Positions 36,766 through 48,281 of a stretch of 64,000 bases of DNA are shown here, in pieces. A model generated the notes under the pieces. It was not told the DNA's origin. It saw only the letters and a program-made list of their open reading frames with translations, and ran no database searches. The DNA is from Lachnospiraceae bacterium UBA7143. Its GTDB lineage: Bacteria > Bacillota > Clostridia > Lachnospirales > Lachnospiraceae. Within the stretch, counting starts at the first letter, position 1. Each line of letters begins with the position of its first letter. The translations under genes and the position numbers were made by a program. The stretch covers positions 34,104 through 98,103 of the forward strand of contig DKWV01000044.1 in the NCBI GenBank assembly GCA_002491905.1, given 5' to 3'.

Positions 36766-38454
36766 TCAGGCCTGCTTTTCGGCCGCCTCGAGGTCTCCCG
36801 CATCAAAGGCATCACTGATGGGCGCACCCGCGGGCACCATAGGAAATACCTTGTCATCCTCTGGGATGATACAATTCAATAACACGGGCTTTCCTAATGA
36901 GATGGCTCTTTCAAGCGCAGGTGCGACCTCTTCCTTCTTCGTCACAAGTATCGCCTCGCAGCCAAGTCCTTCCGCCACCTTACAGAAATCCACCCCATCG
37001 TCTAAAACCGTCTGGGAATAGCGTTTCCCGTAAAACAGCGTCTGCCATTGTCTCACCATACCAAGCACATGGTTGTTGATCACTACCTGAATAATCGGTA
37101 TATTGTAGCGGCTGGCCGTGGCCAGTTCATTCATATTCATGCGAAAACATCCGTCGCCCGCAATATTGATACAGATTTTGTCCGGCTGTCCCATCTTCGC
37201 CCCGATACACGCGCCCAGCCCGTATCCCATAGTGCCAAGGCCTCCGGAAGTCAGAAGTGTGCGTGGCATGGAATACCTGTAGTACTGTGCCGCCCACATC
37301 TGATGCTGTCCCACATCCGTGGTGATAATGGCGCGCCCTTCCGTCACCCGGTCAATCTCTTCCATGATGTAAGGGCAGGAAAGCATTCCCTTGTCATAAT
37401 TCAGGGGATAGCTGTTTTTCAACTCCGCAATATGGGCCATCCATTCCCCATGTTCCTGTTTGGAAAGTCTCCCATTCAGCCGGGAAAGCACCTCTTTTAA
37501 ATCTCCCACTAAGGACACGTCCGTCTTAATATTTTTGTTAATCTCCGCCGCGTCAATGTCAATATGCAGCACCTTGGCATGCTCCGCGAATTTCTTCGGA
37601 TTTCCCACCACACGGTCGGAGAAACGCGCGCCAAGGGCGATCAGCAGATCGCATTCGCTGACGCCGAAGTTGGAGGCCTTCGTTCCGTGCATACCGATCA
37701 TGCCCGTGTATCTGGCATCATGACCATCGATGACACCCTTACCCATCAGGGTGTCGCAGACCGGCGCATCCATGCGTTCCACAAAGTCCCTCACCTCACG
37801 GTAAGCCCCGGAAATCACGGCACCGCCGCCCACATAGACAAAGGGCTTCCTCGCACCCTCAAGAAGCCGCACCGCTTCTTCGAGCTCCTCCTCCTGATAC
37901 CGTCCTGTCTGTGCCGCCTTCTCGGGCGACTTTTTTTCATATTCGCATGTATTTGCCGTCACATCTTTTGTGATATCCACAAGAACCGGGCCGGGTCTGC
38001 CGCTTCTGGCAATCGAAAAAGCCTTTCTGAGCGTATCAGCAAGAATTGTCACATCTTTTACTATATAATTATGCTTGGTAATGGGCATGGTGATTCCTGC
38101 AATGTCCACCTCCTGAAAGGAATCTTTTCCCAAAAGAGGCAGATTTACATTACAGGTGATCGCCACCACAGGCACCGAATCCATATAAGCCGTTGCGATT
38201 CCCGTCACCAGATTGGTTGCGCCAGGGCCACTTGTAGCCAGACAGACTCCCACCCTGCCAGTGGCTCTGGCATAGCCGTCCGCCGCATGGGCCGCCCCCT
38301 GCTCATGGGACGTCAAAATATGTTTGATTTCCTCGCTGTGCTGATACAGCGCATCATACACATTCAAAATCGTGCCGCCGGGATAACCGAACACTGTGTC
38401 CACTCCCTGCTCCTTCAGACATTCCACTACGATCTGCGCACCTGTCAATACCAT
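36766..38454 (-). CDS. ilvB: Acetolactate synthase large subunit
   Basis: FGYPGG, HEQGAAH, TDVGQHQMW, GDGCFRMN TPP motif, GMVRQWQ. Confidence 0.95.
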   Translation of the reverse strand: MVLTGAQIVVECLKEQGVDTVFGYPGGTILNVYDALYQHSEEIKHILTSHEQGAAHAADGYARATGRVGVCLATSGPGATNLVTGIATAYMDSVPVVAITCNVNLPLLGKDSFQEVDIAGITMPITKHNYIVKDVTILADTLRKAFSIARSGRPGPVLVDITKDVTANTCEYEKKSPEKAAQTGRYQEEELEEAVRLLEGARKPFVYVGGGAVISGAYREVRDFVERMDAPVCDTLMGKGVIDGHDARYTGMIGMHGTKASNFGVSECDLLIALGARFSDRVVGNPKKFAEHAKVLHIDIDAAEINKNIKTDVSLVGDLKEVLSRLNGRLSKQEHGEWMAHIAELKNSYPLNYDKGMLSCPYIMEEIDRVTEGRAIITTDVGQHQMWAAQYYRYSMPRTLLTSGGLGTMGYGLGACIGAKMGQPDKICINIAGDGCFRMNMNELATASRYNIPIIQVVINNHVLGMVRQWQTLFYGKRYSQTVLDDGVDFCKVAEGLGCEAILVTKKEEVAPALERAISLGKPVLLNCIIPEDDKVFPMVPAGAPISDAFDAGDLEAAEKQA

Positions 38455-38514
38455 GTTTTTTCCTCCTGCCTGTTCTATATAATCACATTTGCTATTTATA
38501 TTACATTCCGGGCT

Positions 38515-40188
38515 TTATCTTGCCTTCGGGATCTCCAGAATTGCCCCTCTGTTACCGCTTGTCACCATCTCCCGGTATCTGGCCAGATAACCGCTTGTCA
38601 CCTTGGGCTCTCTGGGCTGCCATTTCTCCCGTCTCGCTGCCATTTCTTCATCAGATACCTTCACGTCCAGCTTCATGTTTGGAATATCAATGCTGATGAT
38701 ATCGCCCTCTTCCACCAGCGCGATCGGTCCGCCCACCGCTGCCTCGGGCGATACATGCCCGATGGATGCGCCTCTGGATGCACCAGAAAAGCGGCCGTCC
38801 GTGATCAGCGCCACGCTGGAACCAAGTCCCATGCCCGCAATCGCTGAAGTAGGATTCAGCATCTCCCGCATACCAGGGCCGCCCTTGGGTCCCTCATAGC
38901 GGATCACGACCACATCGCCAGCTACGATCCTGCCGCCCTTGATCGCTGCGATCGCATCCTCCTCACATTCAAAGACGCGTGCCGGGCCTTCATGCACCAT
39001 CATTTCTTCCACCACGGCGGAACGCTTCACCACACTGCCGTCGGGAGCCAGATTGCCCTTTAACACAGCAAGGCCGCCCGTCTTACTGTAAGGATTCTCC
39101 ACAGTTCGAATAACATCTGTATTTTTATTGACGGCATCCTTGATATTTTCACCGATCGTATTGCCGGTTACTGTCATGCAGTCTGTGTGGAGCAGGCCGA
39201 TATCCGCGAGCTCCTTCATCACCGCATAGACGCCGCCCGCCTCGTTCAGATCCTCCATATAGGTCGGACCTGCCGGAGCCAGATGGCACACGTTAGGGGT
39301 CTTCTCACTGATTTCATTGGCAAAAGAGATATCGAAGTCAAAACCTACCTCATGGGCAATCGCCGGCAGATGCAGCATGGAGTTGGTCGAACAGCCAAGC
39401 GCCATATCCACCGTAAGCGCATTTAAGATTGCATCCTTTGTCATGATATCCCTGGGTCTGATATCCTTTTCCAGCAGTTTCATCACCGCCATACCCGCAT
39501 GTTTCGCCAGCTTGATGCGTTCCGAGTAAACTGCGGGGATCGTGCCGTTGCCGCGAAGTCCCATACCAAGCGCCTCGGTCAGACAGTTCATGGAATTGGC
39601 TGTGTACATCCCCGAACAGGAACCGCAGGTAGGACACGTCTTCTCCTCGAACTCCAGAAGTTCCTCGTCCGTGATCGTTCCGGCCGCATGGGAGCCAACC
39701 GCCTCAAACATGGAGGACAGGCTTCTCTTTTCGCCTTTTACATGTCCCGCAAGCATGGGGCCGCCGGAAACAAAGACCGTGGGCACATTGATGCGCGCCG
39801 CGGCCATCAGAAGTCCTGGCACGTTCTTGTCACAGTTGGGCACCATCACCAGCGCGTCAAACTGATGCGCCAGTGCCATACACTCTGTGGAATCCGCAAT
39901 CAGGTCTCTGGTCACCAGGGAGTATTTCATACCGATATGCCCCATAGCAATCCCGTCACAGACCGCAATGGCCGGGAATACCACGGGAACACCTCCCGCC
40001 TCCGCAACGCCCAGCTTCACCGCATTTACAATTTTATCCAGATTCATATGCCCCGGCACAATCTCGTTGTAGGAGCTGACGATACCCACCATAGGCTTTT
40101 TCATCTCCTCCTGCGTAAACCCGAGGGCATTAAACAAACTTCTGTGGGGCGCCTGCTGGGTACCCGTTTTTACATTGTCACTTCTCAT
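38515..40188 (-). CDS. ilvD: Dihydroxy-acid dehydratase
   Basis: [33 protein letters not shown]. Confidence 0.96.
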   Translation of the reverse strand: MRSDNVKTGTQQAPHRSLFNALGFTQEEMKKPMVGIVSSYNEIVPGHMNLDKIVNAVKLGVAEAGGVPVVFPAIAVCDGIAMGHIGMKYSLVTRDLIADSTECMALAHQFDALVMVPNCDKNVPGLLMAAARINVPTVFVSGGPMLAGHVKGEKRSLSSMFEAVGSHAAGTITDEELLEFEEKTCPTCGSCSGMYTANSMNCLTEALGMGLRGNGTIPAVYSERIKLAKHAGMAVMKLLEKDIRPRDIMTKDAILNALTVDMALGCSTNSMLHLPAIAHEVGFDFDISFANEISEKTPNVCHLAPAGPTYMEDLNEAGGVYAVMKELADIGLLHTDCMTVTGNTIGENIKDAVNKNTDVIRTVENPYSKTGGLAVLKGNLAPDGSVVKRSAVVEEMMVHEGPARVFECEEDAIAAIKGGRIVAGDVVVIRYEGPKGGPGMREMLNPTSAIAGMGLGSSVALITDGRFSGASRGASIGHVSPEAAVGGPIALVEEGDIISIDIPNMKLDVKVSDEEMAARREKWQPREPKVTSGYLARYREMVTSGNRGAILEIPKAR

Positions 40189-40210
40189 CGTTTTCTCTCC
40201 TCCTTTATAC

Positions 40211-41857
40211 TCACTTCGTTCGTGTTTGTTTTCGTTCAAACAGGATAACCTGCCAGTTTTCATATATCTGCGTCATATTTTCTTCCATATAAGTACTTTT
40301 CGCCTCCACTTCCTCCCTGGTCAGATAGAATTTCCACTCCTCGGGACCCTCCCTGTAGCCATAGGACTGTCCCAGCAGCGCCTTATCCAGAAGAACGATA
40401 TCCGCTTCCTCGATCTCTCTCGTGACCTGCCCGTCCCGCAGTCCGTAGAGGTACGAAAGCAGATACTCCTGATCGCAGTCCGTCACCGCCACCACATCCG
40501 TGTCCTCTATCGCAATCTGCCCATAGGCATCCGCAAGCAGTTCGTCCCGCATACTGTAAGGCGTCATATCTGCCAGCACAAAGGCCCAGGAAACGCCTGC
40601 CGCTATATAGACAAGTGCCTTACATCCCTTTCCTGTCACACTCTTATAGCGGATGTCGGGAAGTTTCGTAAAAAGCGCCGCCAGCTGCTGTACCAGCCAT
40701 CCGATCAGGAGTGCCGCCCACACACCGAGGAAAGAAAACACCCGCTGGTAGGGAAGTTTACACTGGATCAGAAGTGCAAGCGCCAAAGATAAGGCCGTCA
40801 GCACGAAATACCATTCCCAAAATATTTTTTTCGGTCTTCTGACCAAACTGACCACCGCCGCCGCAAGCCCGATCAGAAGAAAAACACACATAGCGTTTCC
40901 CCAAAGTCCGGCCCCGGGTGAGAGCTGCATTCCAAACAGCGTTTTCAGCCAATGTGCCGCCTGTCCGTTGAACTCCTGTCTTGTCATGCTCTGGATATAC
41001 GGCGTATCCAGCATGTAATCGATTCCCGCCCTTAACGCCCTAAAAGGCACATGAAGAATAATATCAATATGCCCTGCCGTATAAAAGGGACCGTCCGGCG
41101 TCTTCGACAGAAGATTGGAACCGATTGCCAGCCACAGAATACCGTAAAGCCCCGCCGTACACACCGCACTGATCAGGGAAGCGGTAACCAGCCGCAAAAG
41201 CCTCCCGAAATCCCTGTCCAAAAGAAGGACACCCCCTCCGATCACACAGAGCGGCACCACCACATACAGGCTGCTGGGTATCGCCCACAGGGCAATCACA
41301 AGGGCCGCGCCAAACGCGGTATAATAACGTTTGTTATTTTTCTTTTCCGCCACAATGGCATAAAGAGACAACAGCGCCGACAGATAGCAGAAGGTTACAA
41401 GCGCATACCCCCTGCCCTGTACCGCAAGCTGATTCACCATATACATGCCCGCAAAGACAAACACGGGAATAAGTGCAGTTCCCTCCGCAATGTATTTTTC
41501 CGAAACGCGGTACAGAAGGATCAGACTGCCCAGACTGCATAGATAGGATACACCACGCAGGGCAACAGGCGCGCTTCCAAATACCCCCAGACAAGCTGAC
41601 AAAGTAGAATACCCCACATGATTATTGGGGAGCGGCCAGTGGATCGCCGCATACACCGGCCCCCTGCTGATAAAGTAATAATAAGTATACAGTTCATCAT
41701 ACCAAGGCGTCAGAAGAAACATCCTTCTCCCATAATATACCGCCATTGCCATAAAAAACAGACAAAAGACTCTTGTCTGGACGGTTATTTTCGGTTTCTT
41801 TCCCGCCAAAAAATAAGTGGTCACACCCTTTTCCCGGTGTTTCAAAAAATAACTCAC
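40211..41857 (-). CDS. Polytopic membrane protein, probable GT-C (PMT/ArnT-like) glycosyltransferase
   Basis: WYDE after the first TM, PNNH, RGYAL; many TM helices; GTG start. Confidence 0.65.
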   Translation of the reverse strand: MSYFLKHREKGVTTYFLAGKKPKITVQTRVFCLFFMAMAVYYGRRMFLLTPWYDELYTYYYFISRGPVYAAIHWPLPNNHVGYSTLSACLGVFGSAPVALRGVSYLCSLGSLILLYRVSEKYIAEGTALIPVFVFAGMYMVNQLAVQGRGYALVTFCYLSALLSLYAIVAEKKNNKRYYTAFGAALVIALWAIPSSLYVVVPLCVIGGGVLLLDRDFGRLLRLVTASLISAVCTAGLYGILWLAIGSNLLSKTPDGPFYTAGHIDIILHVPFRALRAGIDYMLDTPYIQSMTRQEFNGQAAHWLKTLFGMQLSPGAGLWGNAMCVFLLIGLAAAVVSLVRRPKKIFWEWYFVLTALSLALALLIQCKLPYQRVFSFLGVWAALLIGWLVQQLAALFTKLPDIRYKSVTGKGCKALVYIAAGVSWAFVLADMTPYSMRDELLADAYGQIAIEDTDVVAVTDCDQEYLLSYLYGLRDGQVTREIEEADIVLLDKALLGQSYGYREGPEEWKFYLTREEVEAKSTYMEENMTQIYENWQVILFERKQTRTK

Positions 41858-41861
41858 GTTA

Positions 41862-42947
41862 TTATTTTATCCTCTCCACAATCAAATCACCCATTTTTTT
41901 ACAGCCCACCTGCTCGCAGCCCACAGACATAATGTCGCCGGTGCGGTAACCGTCCTTAAGCACCTGTTTCACAGCGTTGTCAATAGCGTCCGCCTCTTTG
42001 TCCAGATCAAAGCTGTAGCGCAGCATCATGGACGCAGAGAGAATGGTTGCAATCGGATTTGCCTTATCTTGCCCCGCAATGTCCGGAGCCGAACCGTGAC
42101 TCGGCTCATACAGGCCGAATTTCGTATCGTTTAGGGAAGCGGATGAGAGCATCCCGATAGATCCGGTCACCATGCTCGCCTCATCAGACAGGATATCGCC
42201 AAACATATTCTCCGTCAGGATCACATCAAACTGGGCAGGATCTTTTACAAGCTGCATCGCGCAGTTGTCCACCAGCATATGTTCCAAAACCACGTCAGGA
42301 TAATCCTTTGCCACCTCTTCCACCACCGCTCTCCAGAGTCTGGAGGAATCCAGTACATTGGCCTTATCCACACTGGTCACTTTCTTCCTGCGCTTTCTGG
42401 CAATCTCGAAACCCTTAATCGCAATCCTGCGAATCTCATTTTCATCATAAGTCAGCGTATCTATCGCTTTCCTTACGCCATTCTCCTCAACGGTCTTCCG
42501 CTCGCCAAAATACAGGCCGCCTGTCAGCTCCCGCATAATCAGCATATCGAAGCCCCTTGCGGAAATATCGGTCTTCAAAGGACATGCCTGCGCCAACTCC
42601 TCATACAAAACCGCAGGGCGGAGATTGGCAAAAAGATTTAACGCTTTACGGATCGCCAGAAGCCCTGCCTCCGGCCGCAGATTCGGCGCAAGCTTATACC
42701 ACGGAGAAGTGGTCGTATCACCACCGATAGACCCCATCAGCACCGCGTCTGCGCTGCGCGCCGTCTCTATTGCCTCATCCGTCAGCGGCACGCCGTGTAC
42801 GTCGATGGACGCGCCACCCATCAGAATATCCGTATAATGCATATCATGTCCGTATTTTTCTGCCACCGCATCCAGCGTTTTCTTTGCCTCCGCTACAATT
42901 TCCGGACCGATTCCATCGCCAGGTATACAGGTTATTTTTAACTCCAT
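41862..42947 (-). CDS. leuB: 3-isopropylmalate dehydrogenase
   Basis: [41 protein letters not shown]. Confidence 0.97.
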   Translation of the reverse strand: MELKITCIPGDGIGPEIVAEAKKTLDAVAEKYGHDMHYTDILMGGASIDVHGVPLTDEAIETARSADAVLMGSIGGDTTTSPWYKLAPNLRPEAGLLAIRKALNLFANLRPAVLYEELAQACPLKTDISARGFDMLIMRELTGGLYFGERKTVEENGVRKAIDTLTYDENEIRRIAIKGFEIARKRRKKVTSVDKANVLDSSRLWRAVVEEVAKDYPDVVLEHMLVDNCAMQLVKDPAQFDVILTENMFGDILSDEASMVTGSIGMLSSASLNDTKFGLYEPSHGSAPDIAGQDKANPIATILSASMMLRYSFDLDKEADAIDNAVKQVLKDGYRTGDIMSVGCEQVGCKKMGDLIVERIK

Positions 42948-43121
42948 AGGTTCCTCCGTTCTGAGCCGTCTGCAAGACTGCGCCCGCCTGTTTCATCTGC
43001 AAAGCTGTTTTATCGCAAAATAATACTTATATATCATAGACTATTCCCGTATAAATTTCAACAGCAAAAAACCGGGCTGCTTGCGCGCCCGGCTTCTCTA
43101 ATGCTCATTTTACAATATTTC

Positions 43122-43679
43122 TTATTCTGCCCTGAAAGTTGCCTCCGCGAGAACGCTTCCGTCCGGATTACAGTATCTGATGCCGAAGGATACGGTACCT
43201 TTCTCCGCGCCGACCACTTCGTCCATCATGCCTGCAAGAGACGAAAAGGTAGGTCCCACCTGCTCATTCACTGTTTCAGCCAAAGCGTCGCCATCTTCTA
43301 TTGCTTCCTTCAAGGTTGCAACATAGACAAGGTCGTTGCCGTTCACTTCGATCGCCATATCCATCTGATCGTTTCCCATAGACTGTGCCTGCTCTTCCAG
43401 CTGCTTCTCTGCTTCTGCATCGCCTTTCAGGTATTCTTCCAGAGTTGCCCCGGTGCTGCTTGCTTCCTCTTCTGCGGGAGCCTCCTCCTCAACTGACGCT
43501 GTCTCCTCTTCTGCGGGAGTCTCCTCCTCAACCGACGCTGTCTCTTCTTCCGTAGATACTTCCTCTGCCGCTGTGTCAGCACCCTGAGCCGCATCATTCG
43601 AACCACCGCATGCGGTCATAGAAAGAGTCAACGCCATAAGTGTTGCACATAATAATGCCTTTACTGTTCTGCTTTTCAT
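43122..43679 (-). CDS. Acidic lipoprotein
   Basis: Signal peptide with lipobox SMTAC, Glu-rich repeat linker, small C-terminal domain. Confidence 0.75.
   Translation of the reverse strand: MKSRTVKALLCATLMALTLSMTACGGSNDAAQGADTAAEEVSTEEETASVEEETPAEEETASVEEEAPAEEEASSTGATLEEYLKGDAEAEKQLEEQAQSMGNDQMDMAIEVNGNDLVYVATLKEAIEDGDALAETVNEQVGPTFSSLAGMMDEVVGAEKGTVSFGIRYCNPDGSVLAEATFRAE
43465..43542. repeat. 2 x 39-bp intragenic tandem repeat
   Basis: TCCTCTTCTGCGGGAG(C/T)CTCCTCCTCAAC(T/C)GACGCTGTC twice, encoding EEETASVEEE(T/A)PA. Confidence 0.9.
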
Positions 43680-43872
43680 AATAATCTCCTCCAAAAATAA
43701 ATAAATTTCTACCCTGTGTCATCACACAAGTCGAAATTCTACAATATGTATATGCCTTTGTCAACACAAATTTTAAAAATTTTGCCTGAAACTTTTTTTC
43801 TCTATTATCTACTGTAAAGAAAGGAACCATGACCTTACATCATGGTTCCCATACATCCGTCAACCCGTATCA

Positions 43873-44190
43873 CTATTCCGCTTCCGCTTTTTCAACCTGC
43901 GCAATCGCAGATTTCTGCATAGGAATACGGCAGTTCTTATTACTGCCAAACTCGACGATTACCGTGTCGTCGGTAATGTCAATCACAATCCCGTAAAAGC
44001 CGCTGCTTGTCAGCACGCAGTCACCCACTGCCATATCCGCAAGCATCGCCGCCATTCTTTTCTGTTCTTTCTTCTGCGGGCGGATCATGATAAAATACAT
44101 GAACGCAACAATGATGACAATATAGATAATCATAATCATGCCGCCGCCAGATGCAGCAGCCGCCGCATCAGCCGATAATAATAATCTCAT
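43873..44190 (-). CDS. yajC: Preprotein translocase subunit YajC
   Basis: TM then MIRPQKK..GD.VLTSSGFYG; follows tgt. Confidence 0.92.
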   Translation of the reverse strand: MRLLLSADAAAAASGGGMIMIIYIVIIVAFMYFIMIRPQKKEQKRMAAMLADMAVGDCVLTSSGFYGIVIDITDDTVIVEFGSNKNCRIPMQKSAIAQVEKAEAE

Positions 44191-44322
44191 ACCATTTCCT
44201 CCGTTATTTAATCAATAGAAGCAACTGTGAAAGTACTGGACAGTTACCTGCAAAATACTATTGCATATCATACACAACTTGAATAAGAAAAACAAGTCCC
44301 TTCCTGAAAATTTCACAAACCC

Positions 44323-45474
44323 TTACCCATTGTCCCCGCTTTCCGCACCCACCTTTTGCATGCCGTCCAGCTTCTGTTTCTTATAGGCCGCGAAGCACCC
44401 CATGTCCAGCGCGTCCCTGATCTCCCCCATCATGGTATTGTAGAAATAGAGATTGTGCAGTACACAAAGACGCATCCCCAGCATCTCCTTCGCTTTCAGC
44501 AGATGCCTGATATATGCCCTGGAATAACGTCTGCAGGCCGGACAGGGGCATCCCTCCTCAATCGGCCTGTCATCGAGCTCATATTTCGCGTTAAAGAGAT
44601 TGATTTTCCCGCGGTTTGTGTACAGATGGCCATGTCTTCCGTTTCTGGTCGGATATACACAGTCGAAGAAATCCACGCCCCGCTCCACTGCTTCCAGAAT
44701 ATTTGCCGGCGTACCCACCCCCATGAGATAAGTAGGTTTGTCCTTAGGCAGATAAGGCACGGTCTCCTCAATCACATGATACATCTGCTCGTGGCTCTCT
44801 CCCACCGCAAGGCCGCCAAGCGCATAACCGTCGCAGTCCAGTTCCGCGATCTGCTTTGCGTGCTCTATGCGGATATCATCAAAAACCGCTCCCTGATTGA
44901 TTCCAAATAACATCTGTTCTTTATTGATGGTATCCTCCAGCCCGTTCAGGCGCGCCATTTCTTGTTTGCAGCGCACAAGCCACCTTGTCGTGCGCGCCAC
45001 GGAATCCTCCACATACTTTCTCTCCGCCGTGCTGGCCGGACACTCGTCGAAAGCCATCGCAACCGTAGATGCCAGATTAGACTGGATCTGCATACTCTCC
45101 TCCGGCCCCATAAAAATCTTACGGCCGTCTATATGGGAGTGAAAATATACCCCCTCCTCCTTAATCCGCCTAAGTCCAGCCAGGGAAAACACCTGAAATC
45201 CGCCGGAGTCCGTGAGAATCGGCCTGTTCCATGACATAAAGCGATGCAGGCCGCCAAGCTCCCTGATGATCCGATCTCCCGGCCTCACATGCAGATGGTA
45301 GGTGTTGGACAATTCTATCTGTGTACCGATCTGTTCCAAATCCTCCGTAGATACCGCACCTTTGATAGCCGCCACTGTCCCGACATTCATAAAGACAGGG
45401 GTCTGAACCGTGCCGTGTACCGTCGCGAATTCGGCCCGTTTCGCCCTGCCTTCCTCTTTTAAGATTCGATACAT
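44323..45474 (-). CDS. tgt: tRNA-guanine transglycosylase
   Basis: TPVFMNVGT, TDSGGFQVFSL, FDCVYPTRNGRHG, CPCPAC zinc site. Confidence 0.97.
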   Translation of the reverse strand: MYRILKEEGRAKRAEFATVHGTVQTPVFMNVGTVAAIKGAVSTEDLEQIGTQIELSNTYHLHVRPGDRIIRELGGLHRFMSWNRPILTDSGGFQVFSLAGLRRIKEEGVYFHSHIDGRKIFMGPEESMQIQSNLASTVAMAFDECPASTAERKYVEDSVARTTRWLVRCKQEMARLNGLEDTINKEQMLFGINQGAVFDDIRIEHAKQIAELDCDGYALGGLAVGESHEQMYHVIEETVPYLPKDKPTYLMGVGTPANILEAVERGVDFFDCVYPTRNGRHGHLYTNRGKINLFNAKYELDDRPIEEGCPCPACRRYSRAYIRHLLKAKEMLGMRLCVLHNLYFYNTMMGEIRDALDMGCFAAYKKQKLDGMQKVGAESGDNG

Positions 45475-45533
45475 AATACCTCGCTTCCAGGCCCCACCGG
45501 CCCGTTTATTCCTTTTTAGAGCAAATTAAATAA

Positions 45534-46577
45534 CTATAGATATTTATCCCAGAATTCTTCAAGGCACAAATTCTCTTCTTTCATAATCGTGGCCGCCTCC
45601 CTGCCCACATAGCGAAAATGCCAGGGTTCGTACTCAATGCCCGTAATATATTCCTTCCCGGAAGGGTAACGCAGGATAAAGCCGTACTCATGGCAGTGCT
45701 CTTCAAGCCATTTTCCCTCCTCCGTATCCGCAAACCCCTGCTTCAGCGGAATGAAGGTATCGGAAGTAATATCCAGCGCCAGCCCCACCTCGTGCTCACT
45801 GCATCCTGGAACTGTAATTACCCGGGAGGTCGCCTTATATGCATCCATGTAAGATAGTCCCTGTCTCATATAAGATTTAATTCTGTCATTAAAATTATCT
45901 TCCTGATGGTCGGAAGTCCTGTACGGAGATCTGACCACCAGATTCAGACCATCCTGCTTAGCCGCCTGCATCATAAGAAGCAGATCCTCTATCACACGCT
46001 CGTCGCAGCGCATGCCGGACGTAAAGGTTCCAAGTTTAAAATCATAATCCTCGGGAATGGGATGCTGCTTATTAATGAGGACAAGCCTCCAGTCGGAATG
46101 ATCGAAGGTAAATTCCGCGCCAGTCTCCGGCTCTGCATAACCCTCAAACTGCTCTACGCCGTGATCATGTTCATGATGCTCCAGCAAATCGTCCAGCGTG
46201 TATGTCTCCACTTCCTCCTCATGCTCCGAGACGACATTCCTCTCTTCAAGAATCTCCTCAACCTCCGGATTCACCGGCTCCACCACCGCAAGCGATACAT
46301 CCGAAGTTTCCACAACCGCGCTATAGGTCTCCTGCGCGCTGGTAAATCCGGTGCGCTCTGCAAACACGGCAAAGGAAAAACTGCAGCTGCTCATAAAAAA
46401 GACAGCCACAAAAAACATACTGGCATAACGTTTCCCATTGGTCAGGAAATGCTTACACATATAATAGAAACAAAGTACCACCGACATCCCAGCCAGACAG
46501 GGATACTTCATCAGTTTGTTCTTTTTGGCCACGCCGGTAAAGTATGCTATTATTTTTTGTCGAAATGTTTTATCCAT
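45534..46577 (-). CDS. M15B (VanY/LdcB-like) carboxypeptidase
   Basis: SPYR, PGCSEHEVGLALD, EPWHFRYVG; N-terminal TM segments. Confidence 0.88.
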   Translation of the reverse strand: MDKTFRQKIIAYFTGVAKKNKLMKYPCLAGMSVVLCFYYMCKHFLTNGKRYASMFFVAVFFMSSCSFSFAVFAERTGFTSAQETYSAVVETSDVSLAVVEPVNPEVEEILEERNVVSEHEEEVETYTLDDLLEHHEHDHGVEQFEGYAEPETGAEFTFDHSDWRLVLINKQHPIPEDYDFKLGTFTSGMRCDERVIEDLLLMMQAAKQDGLNLVVRSPYRTSDHQEDNFNDRIKSYMRQGLSYMDAYKATSRVITVPGCSEHEVGLALDITSDTFIPLKQGFADTEEGKWLEEHCHEYGFILRYPSGKEYITGIEYEPWHFRYVGREAATIMKEENLCLEEFWDKYL

Positions 46578-47003
46578 TCGGTCCTCGAATCTTTTCCACC
46601 TACAATTCTGTCTTATATCATAACATATAAAATTTATTTGTACACCCCTTTTTTATGTAAATCTGTCATATTTCTAGCTTTTTTTTATATCTTTTCCTCT
46701 TAGATTTGATTTTTTCCTTTTCCTCCTTTTGGCCTTTCTCCTTCGTCCCCGTTTTCCCTCTCTCTTTTTCCTTTCCCCTGCTCTTGCTTTTTAAACAGAA
46801 TATGGTATGCTGAATATTGGTAAAAACGCGTTTTTCCAAATACCTTATATGCGTTATGCGTTTTTCCGCACATAAGGGAGGCATCGGCATCTCCTTTATT
46901 GTATTTAATTGTACATTTTATATTTCATGTGCAATTTAATTTTGCAGGATATCCTGCACGCAGTTTTCAGAAAACTTCACACCACTCAGGAAAGGATCAG
47001 ACA

Positions 47004-48104
47004 ATGGCAGGCTCAACACTGGGAATTATCTATCGAATTACTACCTGGGGCGAATCCCACGGCGCCGGACTCGGCGTTATCGTGGATGGCTGCCCCGCTG
47101 GACTACCGCTTAGTGCAAACGATATTCAGTTATATCTGGACCGGCGCAAGCCCGGGCAAAGCAGGATCGCAACCCCCCGCAGGGAAGCAGATGAAGTGGA
47201 GATTCTCTCCGGCATCTTTGAGGGAAAAACCACAGGGACCCCGATTTCCCTGCTTGTCCGAAATACTTCGCAGCACTCTGGAGACTATACGGAAATCGCC
47301 GAATGCTACCGTCCCGGCCATGCGGACTACACATTTGACCAAAAATACGGTTTCCGAGATTACCGGGGCGGCGGGCGCTCCTCTGGCCGGGAAACAATCG
47401 GCCGTGTGGCTGCTGGCGCCATCGCAGCAAAAGTTCTGAAAGAATTTGGCATAACCTTATGTGCCTACACCAAATCCATAGGCCCCATATCCATTCATCC
47501 AGATTCTTTTGATCCGGCGGCTATCCTGGAAACGCCCACCGCCATGCCAGACAGGGACGCTTCTGCTCAGGCAGAAAAATTTCTGGCAGACTGCATGAGT
47601 AATTATGATTCTGCAGGAGGGGTTATTGAATGTGTGGCAGACGGCGTTCCGGCAGGTCTCGGTGATCCTGTTTTTGAAAAGCTGGATGCCAATCTGGCTA
47701 AAGCGGTTATGTCCATCGGCGCCGTCAAAGCCGTGGAAATCGGCGATGGCATTGAGGTATCCATGCATCACGGCTCCACAAACAACGACCCCTTCCGTCT
47801 GGAAGGAAAACAGATTGTCAAATCCTCCAACCATGCCGGAGGGATTCTCGGCGGCATCAGCGACGGTTCACAGATCATCCTGCGTGCCCATGTAAAACCC
47901 ACCCCTTCCATCTTTTCCCCACAGGACACTGTCAACCGGGAAGGAAAGGAAACCCAGATTTCCATTAAAGGTCGGCACGACCCCGTCATTGTTCCCCGGG
48001 CGGTAGTCGTAGTGGAATCCATGACTGCCATCACCCTTTTAGATGCGCTTCTGGTCAACGCAGGAGCCAAAATGGAGCACCTGAAAGCCATATACAAAAG
48101 TTAA
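47004..48104 (+). CDS. aroC: Chorismate synthase
   Basis: [31 protein letters not shown]; RBS AAGGA before ATG 47004. Confidence 0.97.
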   Translation: MAGSTLGIIYRITTWGESHGAGLGVIVDGCPAGLPLSANDIQLYLDRRKPGQSRIATPRREADEVEILSGIFEGKTTGTPISLLVRNTSQHSGDYTEIAECYRPGHADYTFDQKYGFRDYRGGGRSSGRETIGRVAAGAIAAKVLKEFGITLCAYTKSIGPISIHPDSFDPAAILETPTAMPDRDASAQAEKFLADCMSNYDSAGGVIECVADGVPAGLGDPVFEKLDANLAKAVMSIGAVKAVEIGDGIEVSMHHGSTNNDPFRLEGKQIVKSSNHAGGILGGISDGSQIILRAHVKPTPSIFSPQDTVNREGKETQISIKGRHDPVIVPRAVVVVESMTAITLLDALLVNAGAKMEHLKAIYKS

Positions 48105-48114
48105 ATCAGTGCAA

Positions 48115-48160
48115 GAAAAGAGCTGTATATTAAACTTGGTTTTAATATACAGCCTTTCTT
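48115..48160. terminator. Bidirectional terminator
   Basis: GCTGTATATTAAA / TTTAATATACAGC flanked by A/T runs between converging genes. Confidence 0.65.
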
Positions 48161-48281
48161 TATCCATTTTCTCTCAATTTTCCCGATTATTTTCTATTTT
48201 AAGTAAACCAAACAAAAGTACTATTCCATATCAAAATATCATTTGGTAACGTTTATTATTTACGTAGTATCACCCGTTATT

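Noticed and set aside
45534-46577. vanY vancomycin-resistance gene
   Set aside because: No vanA/H/X/R/S nearby; the context (tgt, yajC) is housekeeping.
46666-46890. 74-aa Lys/Glu-rich ORF
   Set aside because: It arises from a low-complexity purine tract with no family resemblance; treated as spurious.
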